From Octopus vulgaris (lineage: Eukaryota): a DNA stretch of 64,000 nt. Under the pieces are notes generated by a model. The model saw only the letters and a list, made by a program, of their open reading frames with translations. It was not told the origin of the DNA and searched no databases. Positions within the stretch are counted from its first letter, which is position 1, and the number at the start of each line of letters is the position of its first letter. Shown here piece after piece: positions 35,240 to 48,062 of this stretch. The stretch covers positions 114,700,001 to 114,764,000 of the forward strand of contig OX597814.1 in the NCBI GenBank assembly GCA_951406725.2, read 5' to 3'. Position numbers and translations under genes: made by a program.

Positions 35240-37110
35240 CCTCACAGTGAAGAGAGGAGCCACTAACAGAAAATAGTGAGACTATTGCAAAGAACTATGT
35301 TTCATCGTAAACTCAGTCATCACACGAAAATCCTACAAAATGCCGTCAATAACATCATAGAAATAAGGAATTTTGCAATATTCCAGCTGGAATTCGAAGG
35401 AGCAGTTCATGCCGAAAGGAAGAAAATTACCAAAAGTGGCCAATTATTTAGGAGCGTTGTTGAAAAATAAGCAGCGAGAAATTCATGAAGTTATTGATAT
35501 CCCGCCGGAAGAGGATGAAGGAAAGAAAAATAGTGGTCGGAAGAATTAACCCAAATTTTGAGGATAGCACTTCCCTAGAAAAGCAACTTAGAAGTTTGTC
35601 AGAACTCAGTACTATCAATTTCATCCATGATTCCATTAAAGTGTTAAGACTGAGACGAAAAAGAATGCATCAGAATAGATACTTAACATCATATTACTGA
35701 TTAAGAAACATTTACAGCATCCATGAGAAATCTATCACAGTCTCACTGACTTTAAAATAGTATCTGATCGTATTTGGCATGATAGTTTAAAGCAATGTGA
35801 TGAGGGATTTTAACTTTCAGAACAAAGCCATCCACCTGATTCAAACACTGAACAAGGATTCAAATGGCAGTAACAACCTCGGAGATTTTTCCAGAAAAAC
35901 AGTCGGAATCGACTCAAAATGAGACGATTTGTCGCGGTTGTTTGGACGCTAAGGAATTGACACGTTTCATTGGACATGCATCCTGTTTTGGTGACTGTAA
36001 TTTTGGTACTGGAAACAAACACACACACACATCGCACACACATCGCACTTACAAGCGCATGCAGAGATATACACATATAAATAAAGAGGGTGAGACAAAG
36101 AGATATTGCCCATACATACAAACATAACTCATACATATAAAGAAAGATAGAGCTATAGGGAAGGAAAGAACGAGAGAAACATTAAAATGTCTAATGTCAA
36201 AACAGCGGTGCCAAAACTGTAGTGCATAAACATCTCATACCTGGGTTTGTTTAGGCAGTCAGTTATCCCTGTACTTTGCAACATCTTTCTAGAAACTATC
36301 TTACAAATAATACAATGTGACTTTCACATTTCCATTTCCAGCAAATAACGGACCACTTGCAAACTACCTTTTAATGACGATATCGACCTTATGAGAGGCA
36401 GCAAAGCAGAACTCCAGGAACTCATTAGCAGACGGAAAATAGCATCAGAAACGCAAGGAGTGGTGGTCATTTCAGAAATTAGCAACATTTTCTTGATAGC
36501 CAACGTGATGATGAAAGAACAAGCGTACTATGAAGTGGATAACTGCAACTGCCACGGATCTAATTTGTGCGAGAACGGCAACTCAATAAGTGAGATAAAA
36601 ACAGAACTAGATCTGGCCTCGTCTTTATGACGAAGAGGAATGTTATATGGAAAATCAGTTCCATCAGTGTTCCCCTGAAGTGAAACCGTTCGAGGTCTTT
36701 GTGATTTTGATCTTTCTGTACAGGCGCGAAAGTGGGATACTTATAATCGACACTGAAGCGTTCATGCATTCAAACACAGCATTTCTAGATGGCTGTTTTG
36801 TATCCGGCACACTGAACACAAGACAAAAATCTTTATCACGAATCAAATCACCAAACATTCTGGCACGCCGAGACCACTTATGGCTACAGTGAAACACCAA
36901 GAGCGCTCTTGGTAAGGACATGAATACCGCGACGACTCTCTCTTTCCGAGATCATTTTCCAGGGCATAGTTAACTGGGATCGAAGAACAGACAGAATTTA
37001 TAAATTCTGGGACTGACTGCACGGAAGACTAGACATAGTTAAGTATCGAGAGCCTTTTGAGCATGACGAATAACAGCGACCAGAGACGATTGCCGTTTTT
37101 TTAAGATGTT
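35240..37110 (+). mobile_element. Old, frameshifted RTE-clade LINE
   Basis: MRDFNF...LIQTLN...LGDFSRKTVGI (about 35800-35910), LPFNDDIDLMRGSKAELQELISR (decayed FADD, about 36365-36435), SEIKTELDLAS, IFLYRRES, TEHKT, PLMATVKH...W*GH, IIFQG. The 5' boundary is uncertain. Confidence 0.78.
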
Positions 37111-38094
37111 GAACGTGGCATCTCAACGACTATTTATATCTCGCGTGCGTGCATGTGAGTGAATCTATGTGAGTGATAATAGAAAATGGGTCCATCGATC
37201 GAAGTACGGCTTGATAATTCACTCCGTGTCTGATTCCTTCCAGTTGACTTCACTTTTTATCTTTGTGATTAATAAGTTCTATTCACTACTTAAATGTTAA
37301 GATATATTCAACTAAAAGGTTTTTAATGGTAGAACTGCAGCGTGGCGTCAATCCAATGAATTAGACTACCAAAGGGAACAAATCGTATTGGTGTCGATAA
37401 AACAATACTAGTAATGTATTCAGGTTAATTTAATCAATTGTACTTACAACACCCTTGCAAATTCAACCTGGTGGCTGTTATTATTTTGTTGATATCTTAA
37501 GACGGCAAGTAAAAGAATCGTTAGAATTTTGGAAAAATACCTTTCGGTATGTGTCAATTCTTTGTTAAGTTCAAATCTCACCGATGTCAACTTTTATTTT
37601 CATCCCCCACTAAATTAAATAAAACTACGAATCAAGAATTCAGGTCGATGATATCAACTAACGCCCGGCCCTCAACATTGCTGGCCTTGTGGCCAAATGA
37701 AGAAAATTGCTCTATTATAATTAACAAAAATCGTTTTAGTATACCTATTCACTGCCTTATGCTGATTTCAACCAATGTAGTGCAGACGTAATGGAGCATC
37801 ACTTTAAGGGTTTTATCGATCATAATACTTACTTCAGTCAGACATTTATTTTTATCGATTTCTATGGTGTGATGATAAATATATACCAGAGATGATGTTG
37901 GCAGTGACATATTTCTGTTGTTGAAGTGAATGGCGATAGACGTTTCTATAAACAATCGAATTTCGAACATTGTTGGGGTACCAGATGATAATGATGGTGA
38001 TGATGTTAAGAATGAGGATTATTATTGATGGTGACTACGACCTGGTTAGTCAGACTATTGTTGTTTCGGCTGGTATATTTAGATCTGTTACCGA

Positions 38095-38141
<47 letters not shown>

Positions 38142-39575
38142 GCTTAAAACGCGCACACACGTTATGATGTATTAATACTATTTTGTAGTCCGTTTAGGAT
38201 GTTGTTTGATAAATCTATGAAGAGGGATCTATGCGGTCGCTTGACGTCTCAGAAAACGACAGCCAAATATTCCTTAAATCACACATTTTTATTTTTAAAA
38301 ATATGAATCATGTATTTTTAAATATCACCGAAAGAACGGGATTATCCCGGATGAGAAATCTTTGCTTGTTGGTCTATTTGATCAGTGAGGGCTGGAGATG
38401 GACATTAGACAGTAAGTAATGATGATCTGTCAATGGATTTGCTTGAAATAGCTACCAAGTCTCTAAAATCATTTGGCAACGTCTTAAAAGGAGTAGGATT
38501 TATCAAATTATGTAGTTTTAGATATTCTGAAGTAGTTGGGATGGACACATCTGTAAAGAACTGCAATAAATTGGGGCTGTATTAACAATAAAATATTTGG
38601 AAACAAACAAACTTTGAGAAAGATTATTACAAAGATAAAGTCCATACTGGACTAATATGTCTGTTGCTTTTGTTTTTTACATTTTCTTTATAAAGTTTAT
38701 TAAAGCATCATCAAAAACCCATGCAAAAAAGATTTCCCCTGATATTGTCAGGCAGCATATAGTAAGAAAAATCATCCTTCGTCATACTTGTATTGTTATC
38801 TTAAATCTGAAAACATATGTAGCATCTCACTCATCGATTATCCCGTCACTTATGGTTCATGGACGTAATTCTCTTTTCACTTACAAAGAAATAACTTAAA
38901 TGAATTAGTTCGTAGTGAGAACGTAGTTTTCGTTTTCAAGCTGATAAGGCAACACCTGTTCGTTATGATTACACTATTTCTACACAAATACACATAAATA
39001 AACGGTGCAATACACAAATTAACACAAACAGATAAGAAAACGATATATTGTAATATCTAGCTAGCATCAGTATTAATAAAACAAAAATTATATTAATTGA
39101 TAGTTCGCAATATACAATAAAAAAGATGGAAAACAATTATTCTTTTTTTCTTTTAACAATTCTTTTACGCGTATACTGTTAATCGCTAAAACAAACAAAA
39201 AGATATATATAAAAAGAAAAGAATAAGATAGTCAGCCGGTGAATATACATAGATCTTTACCGAATAATGAAAGAACTATTTAAAACAGGTCGGACAAGAA
39301 AGCAGTTCAAAGGGAAAAACAACTACTTCAATGAAATGAGGTTAGCAACAAAGTAATATAAATGTAAGAAGGCTTACAGTTAAAAGGAATAGAGAAAAAA
39401 CATAGAAGGCTACAATGCAATACTAATTGTAAATGATTGGGATAATAAAAGATCAATACTTATATAATTAATTCTTACATAAGTATAAAGCTGGTAATAG
39501 GAAGGTGCGGCTATCATACGTTTTCATAAAGGCTAAAGAAAAACTAATACTTATTACTTATTATGATAGCTTTAT

Positions 39576-39887
39576 GTGGAGGCGCAATGACCCAGTGGTT
39601 AGGGCAGCGGACTCGTGGTCGTAGGATCGCGGTTTCGATTTCCAGACCGGGCGTTGTGAGTGTTTATTGAGCGAAAACACCTAAAGCTTCACGAGGCTCC
39701 GGCAGGGGGTGGTCGCGATCCCTACTGTACTCTTTCGCCACAACTTTCTCTCACTCTTTCTTCTGTCAGTCTGTTCGCTTGGCCAGCAGGGTGGCGTCAC
39801 TTGATGACTAAAACAATGCGAAGCGCATTGTGACCAGCGATGTGTAGCAACATCTGATAGCCTGGTCAGTTACGTGACTATCACGTG
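39576..39887 (+). mobile_element. SINE family C, tail type 2, full length with 13-bp TSD
   Basis: gtggaggcgcaatgacccagtggttagggcagcggactcg head; tail ends tcacgtg; TSD atgatagctttat at 39563-39575 and 39888-39900. Confidence 0.92.
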
Positions 39888-40186
39888 ATGATAGCTTTAT
39901 ACAGAGAAATGAGTAGAGTGCCGCGTAAAATATCATACTGCATTTAGTTAAATCTTTTTAGGTCTTGGGTTCAAATATCACTAAGACCAGCTTTTAATTT
40001 CATCCTTATAGGTTCAATAATATCTGACATCCTCTTGGGCCGATATGGTAAAAAAATTATTGATGGCGTAATTTTTTTAGTCCGGCGGATCAAAATACTG
40101 AAAATCTTATTTGTATATGATAAATATACATGGATATTCTTTATCTAAATGCTTATAGGTAAACTTACAATTTTTCTAATATATAG

Positions 40187-40505
40187 GACTTTATTCTTTG
40201 TAAGCCTAGTACTTATTCTATCGCTTTCTTTTGCCGAACCGCTAAGTTACGGGGACGTAAACACACCAGCATCGGTTGTCAAGCGATGTTGGGGGGGGGA
40301 CAAACACAGACACACAAAAATATACACACATACATATATACAACGGGCTTCTTTCAGTTTCCGTCTATCAGATCCACTCACAAGGCTTTGGTCGGCCGGA
40401 TGCTATAGTAGAAGACACTTGCCCAAGTTGCCACGCAGTGGGACTGAACCCGGAACCATGTGGTTGGTAAGCAATCTACTTACCACACAGACACTCCTAC
40501 GCCTA
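40187..40505 (-). mobile_element. SINE family B, 3'-truncated
   Basis: Reverse complement of the family B consensus from head to ggacttattctttgtaagcc. Confidence 0.9.
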
Positions 40506-40701
40506 TATGTAATAAAATATATGAAATTGGAAAATAAGCATGTAAAACTAACAAGATAAACTTCATTAAAAAGAAGTTATATCATATTTCATAATATTTC
40601 GTTACTAAGTTCTAGAAAACAGTTTATGGGAAAGATAAAGCGTTGCATGCAATGCTACGCAATTCCTAACCAAATACCCTTGCTCTCTGTTGTTTTTATA
40701 A

Positions 40702-41131
40702 TCTCTTTTATCTCTTTTACTTCTTTCAGTCATTTGACTGTAGCCATGCTGAAGCACCACCTCCTTTAGTCGAACAAATCGACCCCAGGACTTATTCTTT
40801 GTAAGCCTAGTACTTATTCTATCGGTTTCTTTTGCTGAACCGCTAAGTTACGGGGACGTAAACACACCAGCATCGATTGTCAAACGATGTTGGGCGAGGG
40901 GGAGGGGCAAACACAGACACACAAGCATACACACACACACACTCACACACACACATATATATATATATATACGATGGGCTTTTCAGTTTCTGTCTACCAA
41001 ATCCACTCACAAGGCTTTGGTCGGCTCGAGGCTATAGTAGAAGACACTTGCCCAAGGTGCCACGCTGTGGGACTGAACCCGGAACCATGTGGTTGGTAAG
41101 CAATATACTTGCCACACAGCTACTCCTACGC
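40702..41131 (-). mobile_element. SINE family B, full length
   Basis: Head gcgtaggagtagctgtgtggcaag, CORE-like accttgggcaagtgtctt, internal microsatellite, tail ggtggtgcttcagcatggctacagtcaaatgactgaaagaagtaaaag. Confidence 0.92.
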
Positions 41132-41164
41132 TAATGTTTATTACCGTGAACAATGTTACATACA

Positions 41165-41375
41165 AATTTATTGGTTTTAAATTTTAGCACTAGGCCAACA
41201 ATTTCCGGGGAGAGGGTAAATCAATTACATTGCTCTCAGTGCTCCACTGGTACTTACTTTATCGACGCTGAAAGGATGAAAGGCAAAGTTGACTACATAG
41301 ACGATAAAGTCGGAAGAAATTCTGCATAGCATCTTTTCCGGCGCCGTAACAATCCTGCTAGTTTGTCGCCTTACA
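41165..41375 (-). mobile_element. SINE family A, diverged
   Basis: ctggtacttactttatcgacgctgaaaggatgaaaggcaaagttgac. Confidence 0.8.
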
Positions 41376-42320
41376 TACTAATATATCGATGAGAAAATTA
41401 AGAGCGCTTTCACGAACATTTCAAGATCAGCAAAATTTACAGAAATACAATTGTACACGCTGAGATCAAAGGCTGAACGATTATTCAAGATTATTTGAAC
41501 GGGCATAAGTTCAATTTATTCTAAGTCAGCTCGAAGTGTAATGAAATTCTGCATCCAAATAAGATTGAAGTGAAAGTCGTCTCGCTGCATTTCCAGATCT
41601 TTTAGATTCAACAACTTAAACAAATCTAATTTCAGGTCCGCAGATCTGCTTCATCGATATATTTTACAAGTTGCTTTCTCTACCTGTTTGACTTGTACGA
41701 ATATACAGTTAAACGAAAGCTTTTTAGACACAGCCTTCAGTCCTTCATTATCGTATAAGTAGTTTTACTTACAGTGGGATCTTTAAAGTAGGTTTCTTCA
41801 AAAGCATTCTCTAACCCGCGAAAGTACCTGGAACTCGTGATCGAGTCAAACATTAACATCAAAGAATTTCTTGAAACAAGAACAAGTTTGCTGAGTTAGA
41901 TAAAAAAAACGTTTTAGTAAGAAAAATCAAGTCCTATGCAATCATGTATAAAAATAATGACTGGAGTTCATTTGAAAGTAAATTATATTCGTTTATGAAG
42001 CACCTTGGCAGATATGAAATTAATTCTTTAAGTGTTGCTTTTGTTATACTTCTTTATGTAAAATACAATATAAAGAAACAAAAGAATGGCCTACAACTTT
42101 TGTACATTTCTGTTCGAAAACATTTTGTCTAAATGCACCATCCATCGTAACTGAAACTCCTTTTGAGAAATCGTATTTCTCTCACGAAATATTTTAGCTA
42201 CATTATCACATTTCTTTTCCTCGTGTGTTTTGAATTAACCAACTTTAACTTAAATCCATATGGATTTCTGTGAAAAACGTGGTGCGATAATCACTAATCG
42301 AGGTAAGGACGTTATATATG

Positions 42321-42552
42321 AGGCGGCGAGCTGGCAGAAACGTTAGCACGCCGGGTGAAATGCTTTGCGGTATTTCGTCTGCCGTTACGTTCTGAGTTCA
42401 AATTCCGCATGGTCGACTTTGCCTTTCATCCTTTCGGGGTCGATTAAATAAGTACCAGTTACGCACTGGGGTCGATATAATCGACTTAATCCGTTTGTCT
42501 GTCCTTGTTTGTCCTCTCTGTGTTTAGCCCCTTGTGGGTACTAAAGAAATAG
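42321..42552 (+). mobile_element. SINE family A, full length, near consensus
   Basis: Complete unit flanked by direct repeat gttatatat. Confidence 0.93.
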
Positions 42553-43067
42553 TTATATATATGGTCTCAAGACCAAAAGAAAAAGCGTCGCACATATTTA
42601 GGTGTTCTTGAATTCAGTTTTTGAACTCTGTCTTCCATATCATTTCATATGGTTAACTTTTTCACACGCTTTTTATGAAAGTTAGTAATGAAATATGCTC
42701 ATTTATGAGACGCTTCTGTATCAAACACGCTTTCACTTAAGGATCAACACTAGTATGTGAACTATTAAAACTTGCAGGGTATAAATGGGTGGACCTGCAA
42801 ATAAATTGAATAAGTCGTTCCGTAAAATAATTTGTTCGTTTTAGAAATGATGAGCCTGAGCGTTCCAAACTTATAATTTCATTATATATTGTTTCTTACA
42901 CCGGTTTAATATTGGTGCCGATTTTCTAGTTATCGTTGGGAATTCTGAGGCAGACTTTACTTGAGGTACATTTTCTAAAACCTCTCCAATGCAGGTAGCT
43001 GGATGAATCTGAAAATAACTGCCGAGACATATCTGAGTTATCGAAAGACAATTCTGTCCCGATCCAA

Positions 43068-43302
43068 AATACCTATTTCTTTACTACCCACAAGGGGCTA
43101 AACATAGAGGGGACAAACAAGGACAGACAGACGGATTAAGTCGATTATATCGACCCAGTGCGTAACTGGTACTTATTTAATCGACCCGGAAAGGATGAAA
43201 GACAAAGTCGACCTCGGTGGAATTTTGAACCCAGAACGTAGCGGCAGACGAAATACCGCTAAGCATTTCGCCCGTCGTGCTAACTTTTCTGCCAGCTCGC
43301 CA
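43068..43302 (-). mobile_element. SINE family A, full length
   Basis: Reverse complement of the 42321-42552 copy with few differences. Confidence 0.93.
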
Positions 43303-45029
43303 ACCTAGTGGCTATCATACACATACTGCATTATTGTTAGATGGTAACTAAAAGCTTCCAGATATCACACTCCTGTTCCCGTTGTTACGGAATGATCGCT
43401 GGACGACTGTATGGAATGAAGGAAATTTTGTGACACCTTAAAGCCTTTGAATGCATGTGGTCCACTTCAACCTCTACTACTTTCGGATTTCGGATATCTC
43501 TGAAACATTTGTATAGGAGGCAGAAGGTACAAGAAATTGTTTATATTCACCCAAGGTACCGGCCCGAGTCTCCCAAGGAGTCATCTGCACCACACGCACG
43601 CGCACACACACATACATGCAGAGATCGCACTGTTCGTAATATACTCTTTTTATCAGCTGTGGGATGAAAATCACAATTTCAGTAATTACCAATATCCTAT
43701 CTTCCTGCAGTGGCGCCAAATCTTGAATCCAATCTAAGAACCGCCGCTCTATTAACGTTCCTGAGTTCAGTGTCAGCCAAAGCGGACATTGTGAAGGGGG
43801 TGGGGGCTACATAATCACGATATCTCGCCTTCACTGAAAGCATATACACATATATCTCGTATCTCATGCGATACCCTAATCCCTTAATATTTAAGGCTCT
43901 TTTCATGTGCCCCGCCTGAAATTGTCTTCTCAAAATAACATCATTTCAACTATCAGGATACTTTTATTATAGAGTCGACCATAATACCCTTCAGCGCGCT
44001 GCTTTGTTATTTGAATATGGCTAAAGAGTACAAGTATTTTCATCAAACCCACCGGTACCATCCAGTCATTGGCACTATGTTGAAGACTAGATATCGGTCT
44101 CGCCTTGTTCTTTTTAATCATCGTTATGGAAAACAACAGAGTGAAACTTGGTGCTGATTCTCATTGCATTGACGCTGCTGCATTGTTGTTCCAGAGCATC
44201 AGCAATGGTACTCAGTACTTGGTTATACCTATAGGCACACTGTACAAAGAATTACTTACCAGAATATTTCCACTGATGCATAATATCAACAGCAATAATA
44301 ACGAGCAGTTGCAATACAGGCCGACCCTCTAATATTGGCCGGGGGCTAATACATGTCGTACACTAATTTCAAGAGGAATAACAATCTGGTTAGTTCTATT
44401 ATTTTTTTTACAAGATGTCGAATTTAGCTTCCTTTGTCTAGATGTCCCAACTGCTATCTCCTATACAATGAGTCTTCTAACCCTATTGCCTTTGTAGCCC
44501 GCTCCTTCTTTCAAATGTAATGAATATCCTTGGTCAGAGTATCATACTTGCTTTTCTTAATCCAGCAGGACGACAATTTGTTCCATAACTACCCCAGTAT
44601 AATGTCCTTTTATGCCTCTCTCACTTTCAGGTGGTTTCTGCTCCCTCAACGGCTTTTCTCACGTATCATTTCCCTTCTGTCAACATAATTGTCTGGGTAG
44701 CACAAACATCGAGTTCCCCCGACTCCTTGGTCATTACGTAGCAGCAGGCTTTAAACAACCCACGTTAACGACAGCTGAAAGTTTCCAGTAACACTGTCCA
44801 ATCTTCCTCCTGTAAAACAAGGTGGGGGAAAACCAAGTCACTCTCACAAGAATTTAGTAGGCTGCTTTTTTTATTCTCACCACTCTTGTTGGTTATGTAT
44901 CATGCACTTCGGGCGATAATATACTCGGCAATACGCGTGTGTTGATAAAGCTACGCCTCAAACTTACCTGCTAAGTGATATGTTTCAATGATAGTGTAGA
45001 TATATGCGTGCTTATTTTTCATATAGTCA

Positions 45030-45211
45030 ATATAAGCGTAAGTGTGACTATGTGGTAATAAAAGCTTCCTTTCCAACTACATGATTCTGAATTGAGTCCC
45101 ACTACATGGCACCTTGGGCAACTGTCTTCTACTATAGCATCCGGACCGACAATGCTGTGAGAGTGAATTTGGTTGACGGAAACTGAAAGAAGCTCGGCGT
45201 GAGTGTGTATA

Positions 45212-45245
<34 letters not shown>

Positions 45246-45330
45246 CTTTGTTTTTCTCTTTCTCCTCCACAACCGCTTGACAAGCATACATGGAAGCGCA
45301 TGGCTGCAGTACAGTAACTGCAAAACGTGA
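45030..45330 (+). mobile_element. SINE family B, internally deleted
   Basis: gagtcccactacatggcaccttgggcaactgtcttctactatagc...gacggaaactgaaagaagc, (TG)n, catggctgcag tail. Confidence 0.82.
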
Positions 45331-45759
45331 AAAATAAAAGACAATGGTATGGATTTATTTGCTGTGCATATTTATGAAAATGTTGGTGCAGCTGTAAATA
45401 TCTACGTAAATATAAAATGCAAAAACGTACTTGAAATGTTGACATATGTTGGTTGAATACATGATTTGTATCCGGGTTCTGTGAATAGCCCTAAGGTCGA
45501 TAGCATGAAAAGCATATTTCTATTGATACCAGCGATGCCTCAAGTGTCGCAAGATCAGTATCGCATCACCTGAAAAGGCAGAATTTATTCTCAATAAGAT
45601 AAAAAAAAAAGAAAATATACAAACATAAGATCTTGGTAACATGAAATAATGAAAAATTTAGAACTTGGATACGTTAAGCCAAATATTTGATAATACTAAG
45701 TATACACGATATTCAGTTTTTAAAGAGACAACAGATAACTGTTTATCATGTGAATATAT

Positions 45760-46029
45760 ATTTCTTTACAACCCACAAGGGGCCAAACACAGACGGGACA
45801 AACAAGGACAGACAAACGGATTAAGTCGATTATATCGACCCCAGTGTGTAACTGGTACTTAATTTATCGACCCCGAAAGGATGAAAGGCAAAGTCGACCT
45901 CGGCGGAATTTGAACTCGGAATGTGACGACAGACGAAATACAGCTACGCATTCCGCCCAGCGTGCTAACGTTTCTGCCAGCTCGCCGCCTTTCTGCCAGC
46001 TCGCTGCCTTTCTGCCAGCTCGCCACCTT
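45760..46029 (-). mobile_element. SINE family A with triplicated 19-bp 5' end and 18-bp TSD
   Basis: ttctgccagctcgccgcct x3 (45972-46028); TSD tttatcatgtgaatatat at 45742-45759 and 46030-46047. Confidence 0.93.
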
Positions 46030-46074
46030 TTTATCATGTGAATATATCTGTGTGTTTGTGTGTTTGTGTGCGTG

Positions 46075-46350
46075 CATACATGGCTTAGAGGTTGGGGAAT
46101 TGCACTCACAACCGCGTGATCGGGTGGTCCGTTGTGTTCTTGAGCAAAACACTTCATCTCGCTTTGTTCTGCGATCACTTCAACACTTGACGTGTGATTC
46201 ACCGTGCACCTGTTCAGGCAACGTAGATTTGATGGAGAGATTGAGCTCATGTGCTACACATACATTTGATCATTACAAACAAATTATTTGTGCAGGTCAT
46301 TCGGAAAAATAGCTGAACACTCTTACGTCGCATTCGACAGAAGAGTCCAT
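46075..46350 (+). mobile_element. tRNA-derived CORE-like SINE (family D)
   Basis: catggcttagaggtt (box A-like) followed by gttgtgttcttgagcaaaacacttcat, a CORE-like block. Confidence 0.6.
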
Positions 46351-46371
46351 CTTCATATACATATCTGCGTT

Positions 46372-46517
46372 TGCGTGTATATATATATATGTCCTGTACT
46401 CTTATATATATATATATATGTAAGTATGTACATATATGTATGTATATATGCATATATTTTATTTATTTATTATATTATATATATGTGTGTATGTATATGT
46501 ATATATATGAATGTTTG

Positions 46518-46579
<62 letters not shown>

Positions 46580-46887
46580 TATGAATGTGTGTATATGTAT
46601 ATATATATGAATGTGTGTATATGTATATATATATGAATGTGTGTATATGTATATATATATGAATGTGTGTATATGTATATATATGAATGTGTGTGTATGA
46701 ATATGTGTGTATATATGTATATGTATGAATGTGTATATATATATACATATATGAATGTGTGTGTATATATATATATACATATATGAATGTGTGTATATGT
46801 ATATATATACATATATGAATGAATGTGTGTATATGTATATATGAATGTGAGTGTATATATGTTTGTATATATGCTGTATGTATATAT

Positions 46888-46922
<35 letters not shown>

Positions 46923-46960
46923 ATATGATTGCGTGTGTATATGCATATATGTACGTATAT
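46372..46960. repeat. Compound (TA)n/(TG)n microsatellite with repeated gaatgtgtgtatatgtatatatat unit
   Basis: Direct reading. Confidence 0.96.
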
Positions 46961-47779
46961 AGTTTGAGGGTACAAACAAGAACTTGTGTTCTCGTTATAT
47001 TATAATATTCAATCTTTTTCAAGCTGCTTATAAATTCCAACGCTACACCGAGGTGCTCATTGTGCTCGCTCCTTCGGACAATAAGATGTTTGTATATGTG
47101 TGATTGCGTGAAATGCATCTGCCAATATACACAGGCATATTTGTAAGCTTTTATATGCTGGAGGCAAAACTGAGAGATCTGTACTTAGAACACGTTTTGA
47201 GAATAGAAAACACCGTCGTGTAATTTCGTACATTGGAACATACTCTTGTTGAAAGATTGAAATATTTGGTGTTGGTGTAAGTGCTGACCCTGGATAACAA
47301 TGTCCATAACATCCGTCACATTGGCAGGCAGAAGTAATAGTAGAGGTCGTTTAGGCCCAAATTTGATCCTAGTTAAGATGTATCATAAAGAAACGGATTT
47401 CCAATCATGAGAATCTCAATTTTTTTAGACAATGTGTAATCTGGACAGCATTATTCAACATATCCTTCCTACATTTAAGCATGCAGAGTGTGATTTGAGG
47501 GTGTTTTGACTGTTATTTCAGGCAGACCGGCTAAAACTGTAAAGGCTTTTGTTTTGTTGAATCTGTAGTGAAACATATTGAATTTAAAATATAGCTTCGT
47601 TGAGATCTTTTTAGTTTGCAATATGTATGTGAAAAGAAAACGTGTAACAAATGCCGTTTCTCGATCAGTTGCAGTGTAGCTTAGGTGCCGTGTTCAGTAA
47701 TGCTTCTGAAAATTTAGGAAATACCCTCTTGGCAAGAAACCGGAAGCCTCGGATACAATGTAGTACCGTGTATCGACCA

Positions 47780-48062
47780 GACTATCCGTTGTTGTTGTTA
47801 TATACGGCTAGTCACAATACGCTTCCTCGTATTCTTGTAGCTTTCGCGTGATGCTGCCCCGCTGGCTAGACGGGTAGGTTAACACTCCTTCCGCTGAACT
47901 GGACACCAATCCGCCGTAGGGTTACACACTTACAGCTGGGTGGGCCGGAGCAACGTGAAATTACGTGTTTTGCTCAAGAATACAATACAATGCACTGCCG
48001 GTCTGGGAATCGAAATTACGACCTTATGCTCGTGACTGCAACACACTAACCACTAGGACACT
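47780..48062 (-). mobile_element. Diverged tRNA-derived SINE related to family C tail type 1
   Basis: Reverse complement has cctagtggttagtgtgttg, ttcgattcccagacc, ttcttgagcaaaacacg and cctacggcggattggtgtcc; ends in (AAC)n. Confidence 0.7.

Noticed and set aside
41400-41930. Possible DNA-transposon coding relics (also about 24170-24770, 38680-38940, 59740-60000)
   Set aside because: Only fragmentary resemblance; no motif I can read with confidence.
46459-46979. H/I/Y/T-rich ORFs (also 60157-60746)
   Set aside because: Microsatellite translations.
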